Below are positions 15,173-23,553 of a stretch of DNA of 40,186 bases, piece after piece. Every line of letters starts with the position of its first letter. The stretch's first letter is position 1. Source of the stretch: a virus (lineage: Duplodnaviria; Caudoviricetes). The notes beneath the pieces were generated by a model. That model was not told the origin of the DNA and made no database searches. It saw only the letters and a list, made by a program, of their open reading frames with translations. The position numbers and the translations under genes were made by a program. Location: IMG/VR virus record IMGVR_UViG_3300043173_000130, positions 1 through 40,186 of that record; one strand, written 5' to 3'.

Positions 15173-15870
15173 CTATCGAAGAACGTGAAAACTTACTGCG
15201 CAAGATTCGGGCCTGCTACGCCAGGGCCGATGAAAGCCGCAACGAAAATGAGCATGAACGGGCCACAGCCCTGCGCCAAGCGAACGCAATGGTTGAAAAG
15301 TTTGCGGTGACTGCCGCAGAATTGGACAGCGATGAGCTTGGCCCAATGGGACAGAATGACGTGCCGGTGGGCATGACCATTTGGAAGCAAAGCCTGTACT
15401 TTGTCCTTGGCCCCCTGTACGGGTGCGAAGTGTTGTGGAACAGGCGCGGCACCATGTACGTCATGGGGCGGCAGTCCTACCGCAACGTGGTTGAGGATAT
15501 GGCTGGCTACGTGATAACCAGCATTGAGCGTGAAGCCAAGGCACAAGCCCGCGGGGACAAGACTTACCTCAACGGTTTTCGCAAGTGGGCTGTTGAAGGC
15601 GTGCGGGCCAATGTAAATGATATACTGCAAGCCCGCAAGGACGCCGCCGCCACCCTGGGAACGGGGTCCAAGGCGCTGGTGTTGGTTGACCACTTTAAGG
15701 GCCAGCTTGAAGACGCCAGCAAGTACATGAATGACACTCACCGTGTGTCCACCGGCAAGGCGCGGGCCATGCCACGAGGTGGAATGGAAGGCTACGAAGC
15801 TGGCCGGGGCATTGGCCTGAACGACCAAATGGGTACCACACGTGTGAAGCCAGCGGGGGTGCTGAAATGA
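15169..15870 (+). CDS. DUF2786 domain protein
   Basis: LLRKIRAC.ARA....NEHERATALRQANAMVEKF N-terminus; YLNGF and GYEAG motifs. Confidence 0.85.
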   Translation: MTIEERENLLRKIRACYARADESRNENEHERATALRQANAMVEKFAVTAAELDSDELGPMGQNDVPVGMTIWKQSLYFVLGPLYGCEVLWNRRGTMYVMGRQSYRNVVEDMAGYVITSIEREAKAQARGDKTYLNGFRKWAVEGVRANVNDILQARKDAAATLGTGSKALVLVDHFKGQLEDASKYMNDTHRVSTGKARAMPRGGMEGYEAGRGIGLNDQMGTTRVKPAGVLK

Positions 15871-16085
15871 GCAGGTTTACAGCGACAACTAGGCCAGCCG
15901 ACTTACTGTTTGGCGATGACCGTGTGAGGGCCATCAACAGCGACCGCTGTGTGCCTGAACCTATTGGCTGCGGTGGCTACGCGCATTTTGAAGAAATGAC
16001 TGAAGTGGAGCTCAAGGAGTATCCTATCAGCGGCTTGTGTGTGAAGTGCCAGCGTAACTTCTTTGGAGGTGGCTATGAATATTAA
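15867..16085 (+). CDS. Small Cys-containing phage protein
   Basis: C....GCG...EYPISGLCVKCQRNFFG; ATGA coupling. Confidence 0.75.
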   Translation: MSRFTATTRPADLLFGDDRVRAINSDRCVPEPIGCGGYAHFEEMTEVELKEYPISGLCVKCQRNFFGGGYEY

Positions 16086-16494
16086 AGACACAAAGCGATT
16101 CATACTGGCTGGGAATGCGACTATTACGGTGAAGTCCCTGGCTACAGAACGCAGGTACACTTTCAAGATTACGCGCACCAAGTTTGACGATAATGCGTAT
16201 TTCATAGCCCTGCTTGGGGGGCCTGACAACAACGTGGACTATCGGTACATGGGCATGATGTACGCCACCGCTGATGATCCCTGGTACTGTCGGCTAACCG
16301 CTAAGTCCCCTGTGGGGGCAGCGACGACTGCATGGCAGGCATGGAACTGGTTCATGCGTGGCGTTGACTACGGCTACGGTTTGGAAGCCTGCGACTGGTG
16401 GCATGAAGGTGCCTGCGGCGCGTGTGGCCGGAAACTCACCGTGCCTGAAAGTATTGACATGGGGCTGGGACCAGTCTGTGCAGGGCGTGTGTGA
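16075..16494 (+). CDS. DUF6011 domain protein
   Basis: FILAGNATITV..RYTFKI..L.GPDN..Y.YMG; HEGACGACGRKLTVPESI..GLGPVCA; RBS GGAGGT. Confidence 0.85.
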   Translation: MNIKDTKRFILAGNATITVKSLATERRYTFKITRTKFDDNAYFIALLGGPDNNVDYRYMGMMYATADDPWYCRLTAKSPVGAATTAWQAWNWFMRGVDYGYGLEACDWWHEGACGACGRKLTVPESIDMGLGPVCAGRV

Positions 16495-16571
16495 TGTACA
16501 TACCTGTAGAACTTGTGATTATCCTAGCCGTGATATTCATTGTTTTGGCATTGTGTGGGAGTCCTAAATGA
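16494..16571 (+). CDS. 25-aa single-TM peptide (not in ORF track)
   Basis: MYIPVELVIILAVIFIVLALCGSPK; TGATG and ATGA overlaps. Confidence 0.55.
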   Translation: MYIPVELVIILAVIFIVLALCGSPK

Positions 16572-16747
16572 CTAAATTCTGGATTGTTATCTTAGGGGTT
16601 GCGTGTATCGTCTTATGGTCGCTGGGGGCCGGGGCGCATTATCATGATGGTGGGCGAATAGGGTCGACGTATGGTATTTGGATTGGCGAAGTGTATCACA
16701 TCTGTACTTATGTGACGCCTATTCAGGTACACTGCGTACCGGGCTGA
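16568..16747 (+). CDS. 59-aa protein with N-terminal TM/signal segment (not in ORF track)
   Basis: MTKFWIVILGVACIVLWSLGAGAHYHDGG...HICTYVTPIQVHCVPG; ATGA coupling. Confidence 0.55.
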   Translation: MTKFWIVILGVACIVLWSLGAGAHYHDGGRIGSTYGIWIGEVYHICTYVTPIQVHCVPG

Positions 16748-16993
16748 ATACCCCCTGTTTTTTGTGCGATGCAGCACGTTTTGGTGACTAGGGCGGCGTG
16801 GGTACACTCGCAAGTGTACCCACGCTTGGCTGAATACCCCCGCAAAGCTAGGTCCCACGCGACTGGGTACACAGGGTATTCTGGGTATTCTTAAAACAAA
16901 ATATTGATAACACAGTAAATACGTCCTAATCATCACTATATGCTGTATATAAATAAACTGTTTCGCAAGTGTACCCAATACCCACGAATACCC
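16742..16993. other. Putative replication origin: inverted GGGTA iterons flanking an AT-rich core, plus a 13-bp hairpin
   Basis: GGGTA at 16865/16874/16883; TACCC at 16972/16979/16989; AT-rich 16891-16962; hairpin 16796-16825; direct repeats ggctgaataccccc and tcgcaagtgtaccca. Confidence 0.6.
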
Positions 16994-17114
16994 ACCCCCT
17001 TGTGACTGCCCCCCATATACCGGGGATTTGGGGACGACCAGCGACATAACTTAGTGCGTTTGATTTCCGTGAGCATAGACGACTGTCGTCCTACTCTTCC
17101 CCCCTGAGACGGAT

Positions 17115-17168
17115 GATCAGGATCAAGATCGGGATCACGATCCTGATCGTCTTCAGGATCGTGATCGA
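17115..17168. repeat. Tandem GATCnn hexamer array (8 GATC in 9 units)
   Basis: GATC at 17115, 17121, 17127, 17133, 17139, 17145, 17157, 17163. Confidence 0.9.
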
Positions 17169-17235
17169 CGTATTACTATATGATGACAATCCCTTCGTCG
17201 GGACGACGCGCCAGCGGCGCGACGACCCGTTGAGC

Positions 17236-17400
17236 GAGCGCAGCGAGCGAGGCGCGCAATATGGCGCGCACCTTTCGCCCGGTAAGGGCGCACGAGCGAC
17301 AGCGAGTATGTGCGCAATATTGCGCACACCTTGTCACTTCTGTTGTTGCTTTTTTGCGAACATATGTGAGCACATTGACGCCGTGCCGAGCGAAGCGAGG
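17236..17400. repeat. Two ~38-bp direct repeats with palindromic cores, plus GAGCG(A/C)AGCGAG motifs
   Basis: Units 17236-17273 and 17294-17332; perfect 20-bp palindrome tgtgcgcaatattgcgcaca 17309-17328; ccgagcgaagcgagg 17386-17400. Confidence 0.75.
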
Positions 17401-17423
17401 CCCAGGCGAAAAAAATTTTAGAG

Positions 17424-17470
17424 TACTGTATAAATGCACAGTTGTACCAGATGCTGGATTGTGGTTTAAT
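17424..17470 (+). promoter_or_regulatory. LexA (SOS) box abutting the -35 of a sigma70 promoter
   Basis: TACTGTATAAATGCACAGTT (CTGT-N8-ACAG) 17424-17443; TTGTAC, 17 bp, TTTAAT. Confidence 0.7.
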
Positions 17471-17510
17471 GTTTATGGGCGCTGATGCCCAACACATAGG
17501 AAGCAAGAAA

Positions 17511-17774
17511 ATGGCACAAGCCAAGAAAGCACCGAAGCCGGAGTACTTGACGCTTGACAAGGGCAAGCCGTACAACCCGCGCACGGACCATACCGACAAG
17601 GGGTGGGCCAGCCTGAAGCGGTGCATAGAACAGGGCTACACCTACGCTGCCCTGCGAAGCAAGAAGGATACGCCGATTACCGGCAACAACCACAATCACC
17701 AGTTTGCCGCGTACTGCGTGCGCCGGCATTGGGTGAAGGTGACAACCACGGCCCCGGCGAACGCCAAGGGCTAA
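17511..17774 (+). CDS. Small basic protein (87 aa), probably SOS-regulated
   Basis: ATG 17511 after an AGGA-containing leader; GC3-rich codons; followed by hairpin gggcgca-agga-tgcgccc. Confidence 0.75.
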   Translation: MAQAKKAPKPEYLTLDKGKPYNPRTDHTDKGWASLKRCIEQGYTYAALRSKKDTPITGNNHNHQFAAYCVRRHWVKVTTTAPANAKG

Positions 17775-18095
17775 CAGGAGGGGAAGGGCGCAAGGATGCG
17801 CCCAAACCCCGCCCCCCTGCCGATGTAGACTATCCGCGGTTGGTAGTTGAGTAGTTTATGAAACCACCAACACGTGAGCGCCGCCGGGCGCAACACCCAC
17901 GAGCGTTAAGCGAGTACGTTGCTCCTTCCTTTCCGCGGTTCAGTTGGCACGTTGGTTGGCGAGGCCCTTGTACCCCCGGAGGGGGATGCACTAGGCCCCC
18001 CGGGGGGGTACTCCCCCCAAAACTTTCCCTGCGCAGATACAGGAGCACAGGACATGGAGATGATATTCCTGATAATCGGTGATGTGTACCAGGGC

Positions 18096-18192
18096 TTGCA
18101 TTCGTACAACCCTACGTGCTAGTATCATGCGCATGCTCATGAGCACAAACTATGCACGAGGAGGTCAGGAGCTACCCCCAGCTCCTGACCTC
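18096..18192 (+). promoter_or_regulatory. Promoter of the morphogenesis operon with palindromes and a 13-bp hairpin in the leader
   Basis: TTGCAT, 18 bp, TAGTAT with TG extension; catgcgcatg 18126-18135; tgctcatgagca 18134-18145; gaggtcaggagct-accccc-agctcctgacctc 18161-18192. Confidence 0.6.
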
Positions 18193-18348
18193 TACGCATA
18201 TGACTGACATTACCCAAGCTACCTTTCGGTCAAACCGCCCAAGCTCCGTACGAAGCAATAAGGCGAATAACAAGACACCGCCTCCCCAGATTCGAGATAA
18301 CCGCAGACCTCCAAGACCAGATCCCAGAGGCAGGAGACCACTATCCCC

Positions 18349-18744
18349 ATGAAAATGGAATACAAAAAGATGGACTATAAGAAGGGGTCAAGGCATGATG
18401 ACGTCAGCAATGCGTACTCGGCGTGTGCTACGTGCTACCACTCCAAGGACCGAACTGGAACGTTATGCTGCACGCACCCCGACAAGTCTAAACTCAAGGT
18501 CTACTGCATGGCGAACAATGGAAGCGAGGAGCACTCCAGGGATATGTGCGACTCAACGAATTTCCAGGTAGATGCGAAGGAGTGGTGCGCGAGCTACAAG
18601 GCTGCGGACGCCCCCGAAGCTCCCGAGTACGAGAATATGTACGAGGCCATGGAATCGGCCTACGAGCAGCATTCACCGACTCCGCACGCTGAGTACGGGA
18701 CTGGAGGAACTGCGAGCGGTACGGGCGCTGGCGGAGCTAGCTAG
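18349..18744 (+). CDS. Cys-rich hypothetical protein, possibly HiPIP-like metal binding
   Basis: CATCYH...CC...V...EWCASY; RBS AGGAG; coupled to TerS. Confidence 0.6.
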   Translation: MKMEYKKMDYKKGSRHDDVSNAYSACATCYHSKDRTGTLCCTHPDKSKLKVYCMANNGSEEHSRDMCDSTNFQVDAKEWCASYKAADAPEAPEYENMYEAMESAYEQHSPTPHAEYGTGGTASGTGAGGAS

Positions 18745-19118
18745 TGCCAGATACCACGACCAAGATAGAGTACCTCACTGAAGAGGAACTATTAGCCAGT
18801 GACGAGCAAGCATTGGCCCGTATCTCCGACGCTCCCAAGAACGTACTGCAATTCACCAGAAGCACAAAGGTTACGCGACAAGAAGTTGTCAATGCGTTTA
18901 CGAACGCATTCCAGATGATTGGGGGTGTTGACCGGTTGGCGCTGTGGGCAGACCAAAACCCGAGTGAGTTCTACAGATTGTACGGGAAACTTCTCCCGCC
19001 CTCCAACGCTGATATCTTGGACGGCAACCGTGAGTTTATTGTGCGCCACATCCTCCCCCGGCCACAGATTACAGATGCGCAGCACACAGCCATAGAAGGG
19101 GAGTTTACAGAACAATGA
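18744..19118 (+). CDS. terS: Probable terminase small subunit
   Basis: AFQMIGGVDRLALWADQNPSEFYRLYGKLLP and IEGEF tail, typical of TerS-like genes upstream of TerL. Confidence 0.65.
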   Translation: MPDTTTKIEYLTEEELLASDEQALARISDAPKNVLQFTRSTKVTRQEVVNAFTNAFQMIGGVDRLALWADQNPSEFYRLYGKLLPPSNADILDGNREFIVRHILPRPQITDAQHTAIEGEFTEQ

Positions 19119-19327
19119 ATGAAAAGAGCGCCCTACGAAAAGCGATAGAAGCGGCAATCGCGGCTGTGGGCAAAATTGCGAACAAGGACGCCACGGTACA
19201 GGGGATGCAATATGAGGATAGTCCTAAGCGACCACTGCACCCGAAGAAAAAGAAAGATAAGTCCATGTCTGAATACGGGTACACCCGTGAGCACAAAAAG
19301 GCAATGGAAGATGCCGGGGTGTTGTAG
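19115..19327 (+). CDS. Small basic hypothetical protein
   Basis: Overlaps both neighbours. Confidence 0.7.
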   Translation: MNEKSALRKAIEAAIAAVGKIANKDATVQGMQYEDSPKRPLHPKKKKDKSMSEYGYTREHKKAMEDAGVL

Positions 19328-20646
19328 TGCCCGAAGTAACGGTAGCGTATGACCCCCGCCCTATTTTCATGCCGTTCCACACGCGGACTCAGCGGTGGGC
19401 AGTCGTGGTGGCGCATAGACGATGTGGTAAGACTGTTGCCACCATTAACGATATCGTAAGCCACGCGCTATATACGGAAAAGAAAAGAGCAAGGTTTGGT
19501 TATATCGCCCCTTACTATAGCCAAGCAAAACAGATTGCCTGGGACTACCTCGTTGAGTATACGAAAGAAATCGCCACCAAGGTCTCAATATCCAGCCTTT
19601 CCGTTGACCTATTCAACGGTGCGAGAATTACCCTCTACGGTGCCGATAATCCCGATGCTTTCCGCGGGTTGTATTTTGACGGTGTGGTTATCGACGAGTA
19701 CGGCGATTGCCGCCCCAACCTGTGGACGGAGATTATCCGGCCCGCTCTGGCAGATAGACGTGGCTGGGCCACGTTCATTGGCACGCCCAACGGTCTGAAC
19801 CACTTTTACGATATCTGGAATTTTGCCCTGGCCCACCCCGATAGGTGGTACACGGAAGCACTGCCTCAGAGCAAGACCAACATTCTCGACGCGGACGAAG
19901 TCGAAGAAATGCGGTCAATGATGGATGAAGATGAATTTGACCAAGAGATCGAATGTAGCTTTATGGCAGCTACTCGTGGAGCCTATTATTCACGGGAACT
20001 CAAGAATGCTGTTATTGGCTCTTATCCTGTGGATCCCAGTCGGCCTTGTCATTATGTGTTTGATCTCGGTTATACTGATAGCACGGCTATTTGGCGCTGG
20101 CAAGAGTACCCCGACGCCATTGAACTCAGCTTGAGTTATGAACAAGATTCCCGGCCTATTCAGTATTACATTGACTGGCTGCACTCTCAGCGGACAGCCG
20201 GTATTACGCCTGGAGAGGTGTGGCTGCCCCATGACGCGCTCGCCAAAACACTCCAGACTGGTAGAAGTATTGTCGAGCAGTTCCTCTCGGGTGGGATTCG
20301 GCCTAAAGTTGTCGCGAAACTTGATTTGCTGGACGGAATACAAGCGGCAAGGCAGATTTTCCCAAAGCTAGCATTTGACGCGGAAGGATGTAAGGATGGC
20401 CTACTCGCATTGCGTTCGTACAAGCGCACTTGGAATCCAGACCGCAATGAATACAGCGCCAAGCCATTACATGACTGGTCTAGCAATTTTGCTGACTCTT
20501 TCCGCTATTTCGCATTAGTTGCTGGACTTGAAGATCCAAGTAAAACTGCTTTAATCCCGGCACAGCCTTTTGCTCGTCCTTTATACGGGTTTACATTAGA
20601 TGAGGCTTGGGAGTGTGGGCCGTCGGGAAGGGACTCCTGGCACTAA
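19327..20646 (+). CDS. terL: Terminase large subunit
   Basis: AHRRCGKT (Walker A), VVIDEY (Walker B), IGTPNG, FDLG, HDWSSNFADSFRY. Confidence 0.95.
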   Translation: MPEVTVAYDPRPIFMPFHTRTQRWAVVVAHRRCGKTVATINDIVSHALYTEKKRARFGYIAPYYSQAKQIAWDYLVEYTKEIATKVSISSLSVDLFNGARITLYGADNPDAFRGLYFDGVVIDEYGDCRPNLWTEIIRPALADRRGWATFIGTPNGLNHFYDIWNFALAHPDRWYTEALPQSKTNILDADEVEEMRSMMDEDEFDQEIECSFMAATRGAYYSRELKNAVIGSYPVDPSRPCHYVFDLGYTDSTAIWRWQEYPDAIELSLSYEQDSRPIQYYIDWLHSQRTAGITPGEVWLPHDALAKTLQTGRSIVEQFLSGGIRPKVVAKLDLLDGIQAARQIFPKLAFDAEGCKDGLLALRSYKRTWNPDRNEYSAKPLHDWSSNFADSFRYFALVAGLEDPSKTALIPAQPFARPLYGFTLDEAWECGPSGRDSWH

Positions 20647-21182
20647 TGGCTAGTTCATTTAAAAACCTCATTAGACCTTCAGGTCTTTGGGCGGCGGAGC
20701 TTACGGGCAGATTAAAAACATTAGAGGACATTGTTGACCTCCGCCAAGGGCGCTTAGGTGCGCTAGTTTTTGGTTCATCAAATCAATCGATAGCGAACAG
20801 CAGCAATACGATTCTCGATGGTTGGGACACGGTCGTCTACGATGACCTGGGATTTTTCAATGAGTTCGAGCCGGATATTTTTACAATTCCTGTTACGGAT
20901 CCCGTTATTGAGCGCGTGCAGTTGTATTTTCAATATAGCTGGCAACCGGATGCGAGTGGTCGGCGTACTTGGTTTCTGGAGCAGACCGATAGCGGCGGTG
21001 TACGCGGTGGTATCGCGAGTAACGGTATGCAGCCCCAAGCGGCTGTGTCGCTCGCCGATCAAGCGTATTCGATGCCCATTGAGTGCGTACCGGGCGACTA
21101 TTTCAGGATAATCGCGTCACAGGACAGCGGGGATGCACTGCTTCTTTCACTGTTGGGCTTTGGAATAACGGTTGCAAAATGA
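20646..21182 (+). CDS. Beta-rich protein with C1q/TNF-like fibre-tip appearance
   Basis: TAATG coupling; NQSIAN..WDTVVYDD.GFF..FTIP..GDYFRI...QDSG pattern. Confidence 0.65.
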   Translation: MASSFKNLIRPSGLWAAELTGRLKTLEDIVDLRQGRLGALVFGSSNQSIANSSNTILDGWDTVVYDDLGFFNEFEPDIFTIPVTDPVIERVQLYFQYSWQPDASGRRTWFLEQTDSGGVRGGIASNGMQPQAAVSLADQAYSMPIECVPGDYFRIIASQDSGDALLLSLLGFGITVAK

Positions 21183-21203
21183 TTAGGTATTTAGGGAGCT
21201 AAA

Positions 21204-23252
21204 ATGGCTACTGACTCGAAAACAGAACAGACCCTGGGTGCCAGCGATAACAGGACCAACAATGACGCTGGCGAAGCGAAGTTAGGGGCTGAATTTGGCA
21301 GACCCAAATATGATTTTGAGTACTGGAAAGACCAGATTTCTATTGCGCAAAAAGCAGTAGAGAAATTCCACGAGCGTGGGCGCAAAACTCTTCGCCGTTA
21401 TGTCGACGAACGGGAAGCTAACGACGAGCAGTCCAGAAAGTATAACCTTTTCTGGGCGAATACGGGCGTGCTTATGTCCGCCCTTTACGCGAATCCACCG
21501 AGTCCTACCGTTAAGCGCACATGGGACGATTATACCGACGATATTGGCCGGGTGGCTGCTGAAATCCTGGAGCGTTTGCTTAACCAGGGTCTACAGCGCC
21601 CCCGTGGTGATATGGACGCCGCGTTTTCTTACGCCATGGAAGACCGGCTTGTACCGGGACTCGGACAAGTCTGGATTAGGTACAATGTAGAGACTAAAGA
21701 ACAGACGGTGCCCGGTACTACGATAAAGTACGAGCAAATCATTAACGAAGAGGCGGTAACGGACTGGATTTACTGGGAAGATTTTCTATGGTCCCCTTGC
21801 CGTGTGTGGGAAGAGTGCCGGTGGGTGGGTCGTCTTGCGCACATGACCAAGGAAGCGGCGAAAAAGAGATTTGGGGCTAAAGCGGAGCTCTTATCGTACA
21901 CGGACAAGTTCGAAAATGTCGACCGCGTGGGTGCGCAGCGCGTAACTCCGGAAATACGCCCCGAAGCCACTGCTGACGTCTGGGAAATCTGGAGTAAGAC
22001 GAATAAAATGGTCTATTGGGTTGCCACAACCGATATTGAGCGCCTTTTGGACAAAAAAGAAGACCCAATGGAGATTGATGGCTTTTTTCCATGCCCGAAG
22101 CCTCTCATGGGCACGCATACGACGTCGAACCTCTGCCCCCGCCCTGATTACTACATGGTCAAGGATCAGTATGAAGAAGTTGATACTCTTAATTCCCGGA
22201 TCGGGTGGCTCACAAAGGCTTGTAAGGCTGCCGGCATCTATGATAAAACAGCGGAAGGTATTCAACGCCTATTTGAACAAGGTACTGAAAATAGCCTCAT
22301 TCCAGTCGACAACTGGGCCATGTTTGCAGAGAAAGGTGGCGTCAGCGGCCAGATTGACTGGATCCCGATCGAGCAAATCGTAGCTACCATTACGTCTCTC
22401 AAGGAGTACAGGCAGGACTGTGTGTCCCAGATTTACGAGTTAACCGGCATATCTGACATTATGCGGGGCGCAACGAATGCGAGAGAGACCCTGGGGGCAC
22501 AGCAGCTGAAGGCTCAGTACGGCAGTGTCAGACTCCAGTATCTCCAGGGTAAAACCGCTGAGTTTGTCACAGAGGCAATGCGGATCAAAGCTGACATTAT
22601 CAGCAAGCACTGGCAGCCTGAGACTATCATTGAGAAGTCACTTATCTTGCAAACTCCTAAGGTGGACCACCAGAAGGTGCAGCCAGCGGTTGAAATGCTG
22701 AAGAACACGGATATTCGAAATATCCGTTTGGAGGTAGAAAGTGACAGTATGTCCATACCGGATTATGCGCTTGAACGCTCTAGTCGTATGGAGTACGTCA
22801 CAGCAATGGGTCAGCTTATCTCCCAAAGCTGGCAGGCAATTCAGGCCGAGCCTAGGTTCGCGCCGCTTGTACTACAGACCCTCCAATGGGCTGCTGCCGG
22901 ATTCAAGAATGCCCGAACGATGGAAGGGGTGCTCGACCAAGCGGTAGAGGAGACCCAGAAGGCTGTGGCGGAGAAAATGAACCAGCCGCCCCCGCCTGAC
23001 CCAGAGATAGAGAAGATGCAAATGGAGATGCAGATGAAGCGGGAGGAGTCTCAGGCTAAGTTGCAGGCCAAGCAGATGGAAGGTCGTATTAAGGCAATGG
23101 AAGCGAAACTTGGTATGGAACAAGATCGGCAGCAACACAGCCAGGAAATGGCTCAGGACGAGGAGCGCCATATACAGGAAATGGACCAGACCCGGCAGCG
23201 TGGGGCAGTGGATAGGGAGGTGAGACGTGCGACGGCGTTACGTTCAACGTAA
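21204..23252 (+). CDS. Portal (head-tail connector) protein
   Basis: 682 aa after TerL; NLFWAN, GFFPCPKPL, IYELTGISDIMRG, ETLGAQQLK; Gln-rich coiled C-terminus. Confidence 0.9.
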   Translation: MATDSKTEQTLGASDNRTNNDAGEAKLGAEFGRPKYDFEYWKDQISIAQKAVEKFHERGRKTLRRYVDEREANDEQSRKYNLFWANTGVLMSALYANPPSPTVKRTWDDYTDDIGRVAAEILERLLNQGLQRPRGDMDAAFSYAMEDRLVPGLGQVWIRYNVETKEQTVPGTTIKYEQIINEEAVTDWIYWEDFLWSPCRVWEECRWVGRLAHMTKEAAKKRFGAKAELLSYTDKFENVDRVGAQRVTPEIRPEATADVWEIWSKTNKMVYWVATTDIERLLDKKEDPMEIDGFFPCPKPLMGTHTTSNLCPRPDYYMVKDQYEEVDTLNSRIGWLTKACKAAGIYDKTAEGIQRLFEQGTENSLIPVDNWAMFAEKGGVSGQIDWIPIEQIVATITSLKEYRQDCVSQIYELTGISDIMRGATNARETLGAQQLKAQYGSVRLQYLQGKTAEFVTEAMRIKADIISKHWQPETIIEKSLILQTPKVDHQKVQPAVEMLKNTDIRNIRLEVESDSMSIPDYALERSSRMEYVTAMGQLISQSWQAIQAEPRFAPLVLQTLQWAAAGFKNARTMEGVLDQAVEETQKAVAEKMNQPPPPDPEIEKMQMEMQMKREESQAKLQAKQMEGRIKAMEAKLGMEQDRQQHSQEMAQDEERHIQEMDQTRQRGAVDREVRRATALRST

Positions 23253-23553
23253 ACAAGAGGACGGTACCTTTAAGTTAGAGGAGGTAGACGTCAACCACTT
23301 TGTACCCCGTAGGAACTTGTCCGACACCGATGCACTTATCAGTGATAGACACTACGACGGGATGCGTGCGACGGACGGCACTGATATTTCCTCACGTGCG
23401 AAGCACCGTGATTATATGCGAAGGAATTCTCTCACAACGGCTGACGATTTTACCGACCATTGGAAGACGTACCACCGAAAAGAAGAACTTAAAGACAATA
23501 AGCAACGTCGTGAAACTATAGAACGAACAATAGCGAGGTTAGACCCACCATGA
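23227..23553 (+). CDS. Hypothetical phage protein between portal and scaffold
   Basis: DGTDISSRAKHRDYMRRN motif; RBS GGAGGT. Confidence 0.8.
   Translation: MRRRYVQRKQEDGTFKLEEVDVNHFVPRRNLSDTDALISDRHYDGMRATDGTDISSRAKHRDYMRRNSLTTADDFTDHWKTYHRKEELKDNKQRRETIERTIARLDPP

Noticed and set aside
16943-16960. Second LexA box (ctgtatataaataaac)
   Set aside because: Right half-site CAG is missing; better explained as part of the AT-rich core
17309-17328. Palindrome as a protelomerase (telRL-like) site
   Set aside because: No protelomerase gene in the window, and the palindrome is short
17091-17439. ORFs across the GATC array and palindromes (e.g. MIRIKIGITILIV...)
   Set aside because: Translations are by-products of DNA repeats; several overlapping frames with no convincing RBS
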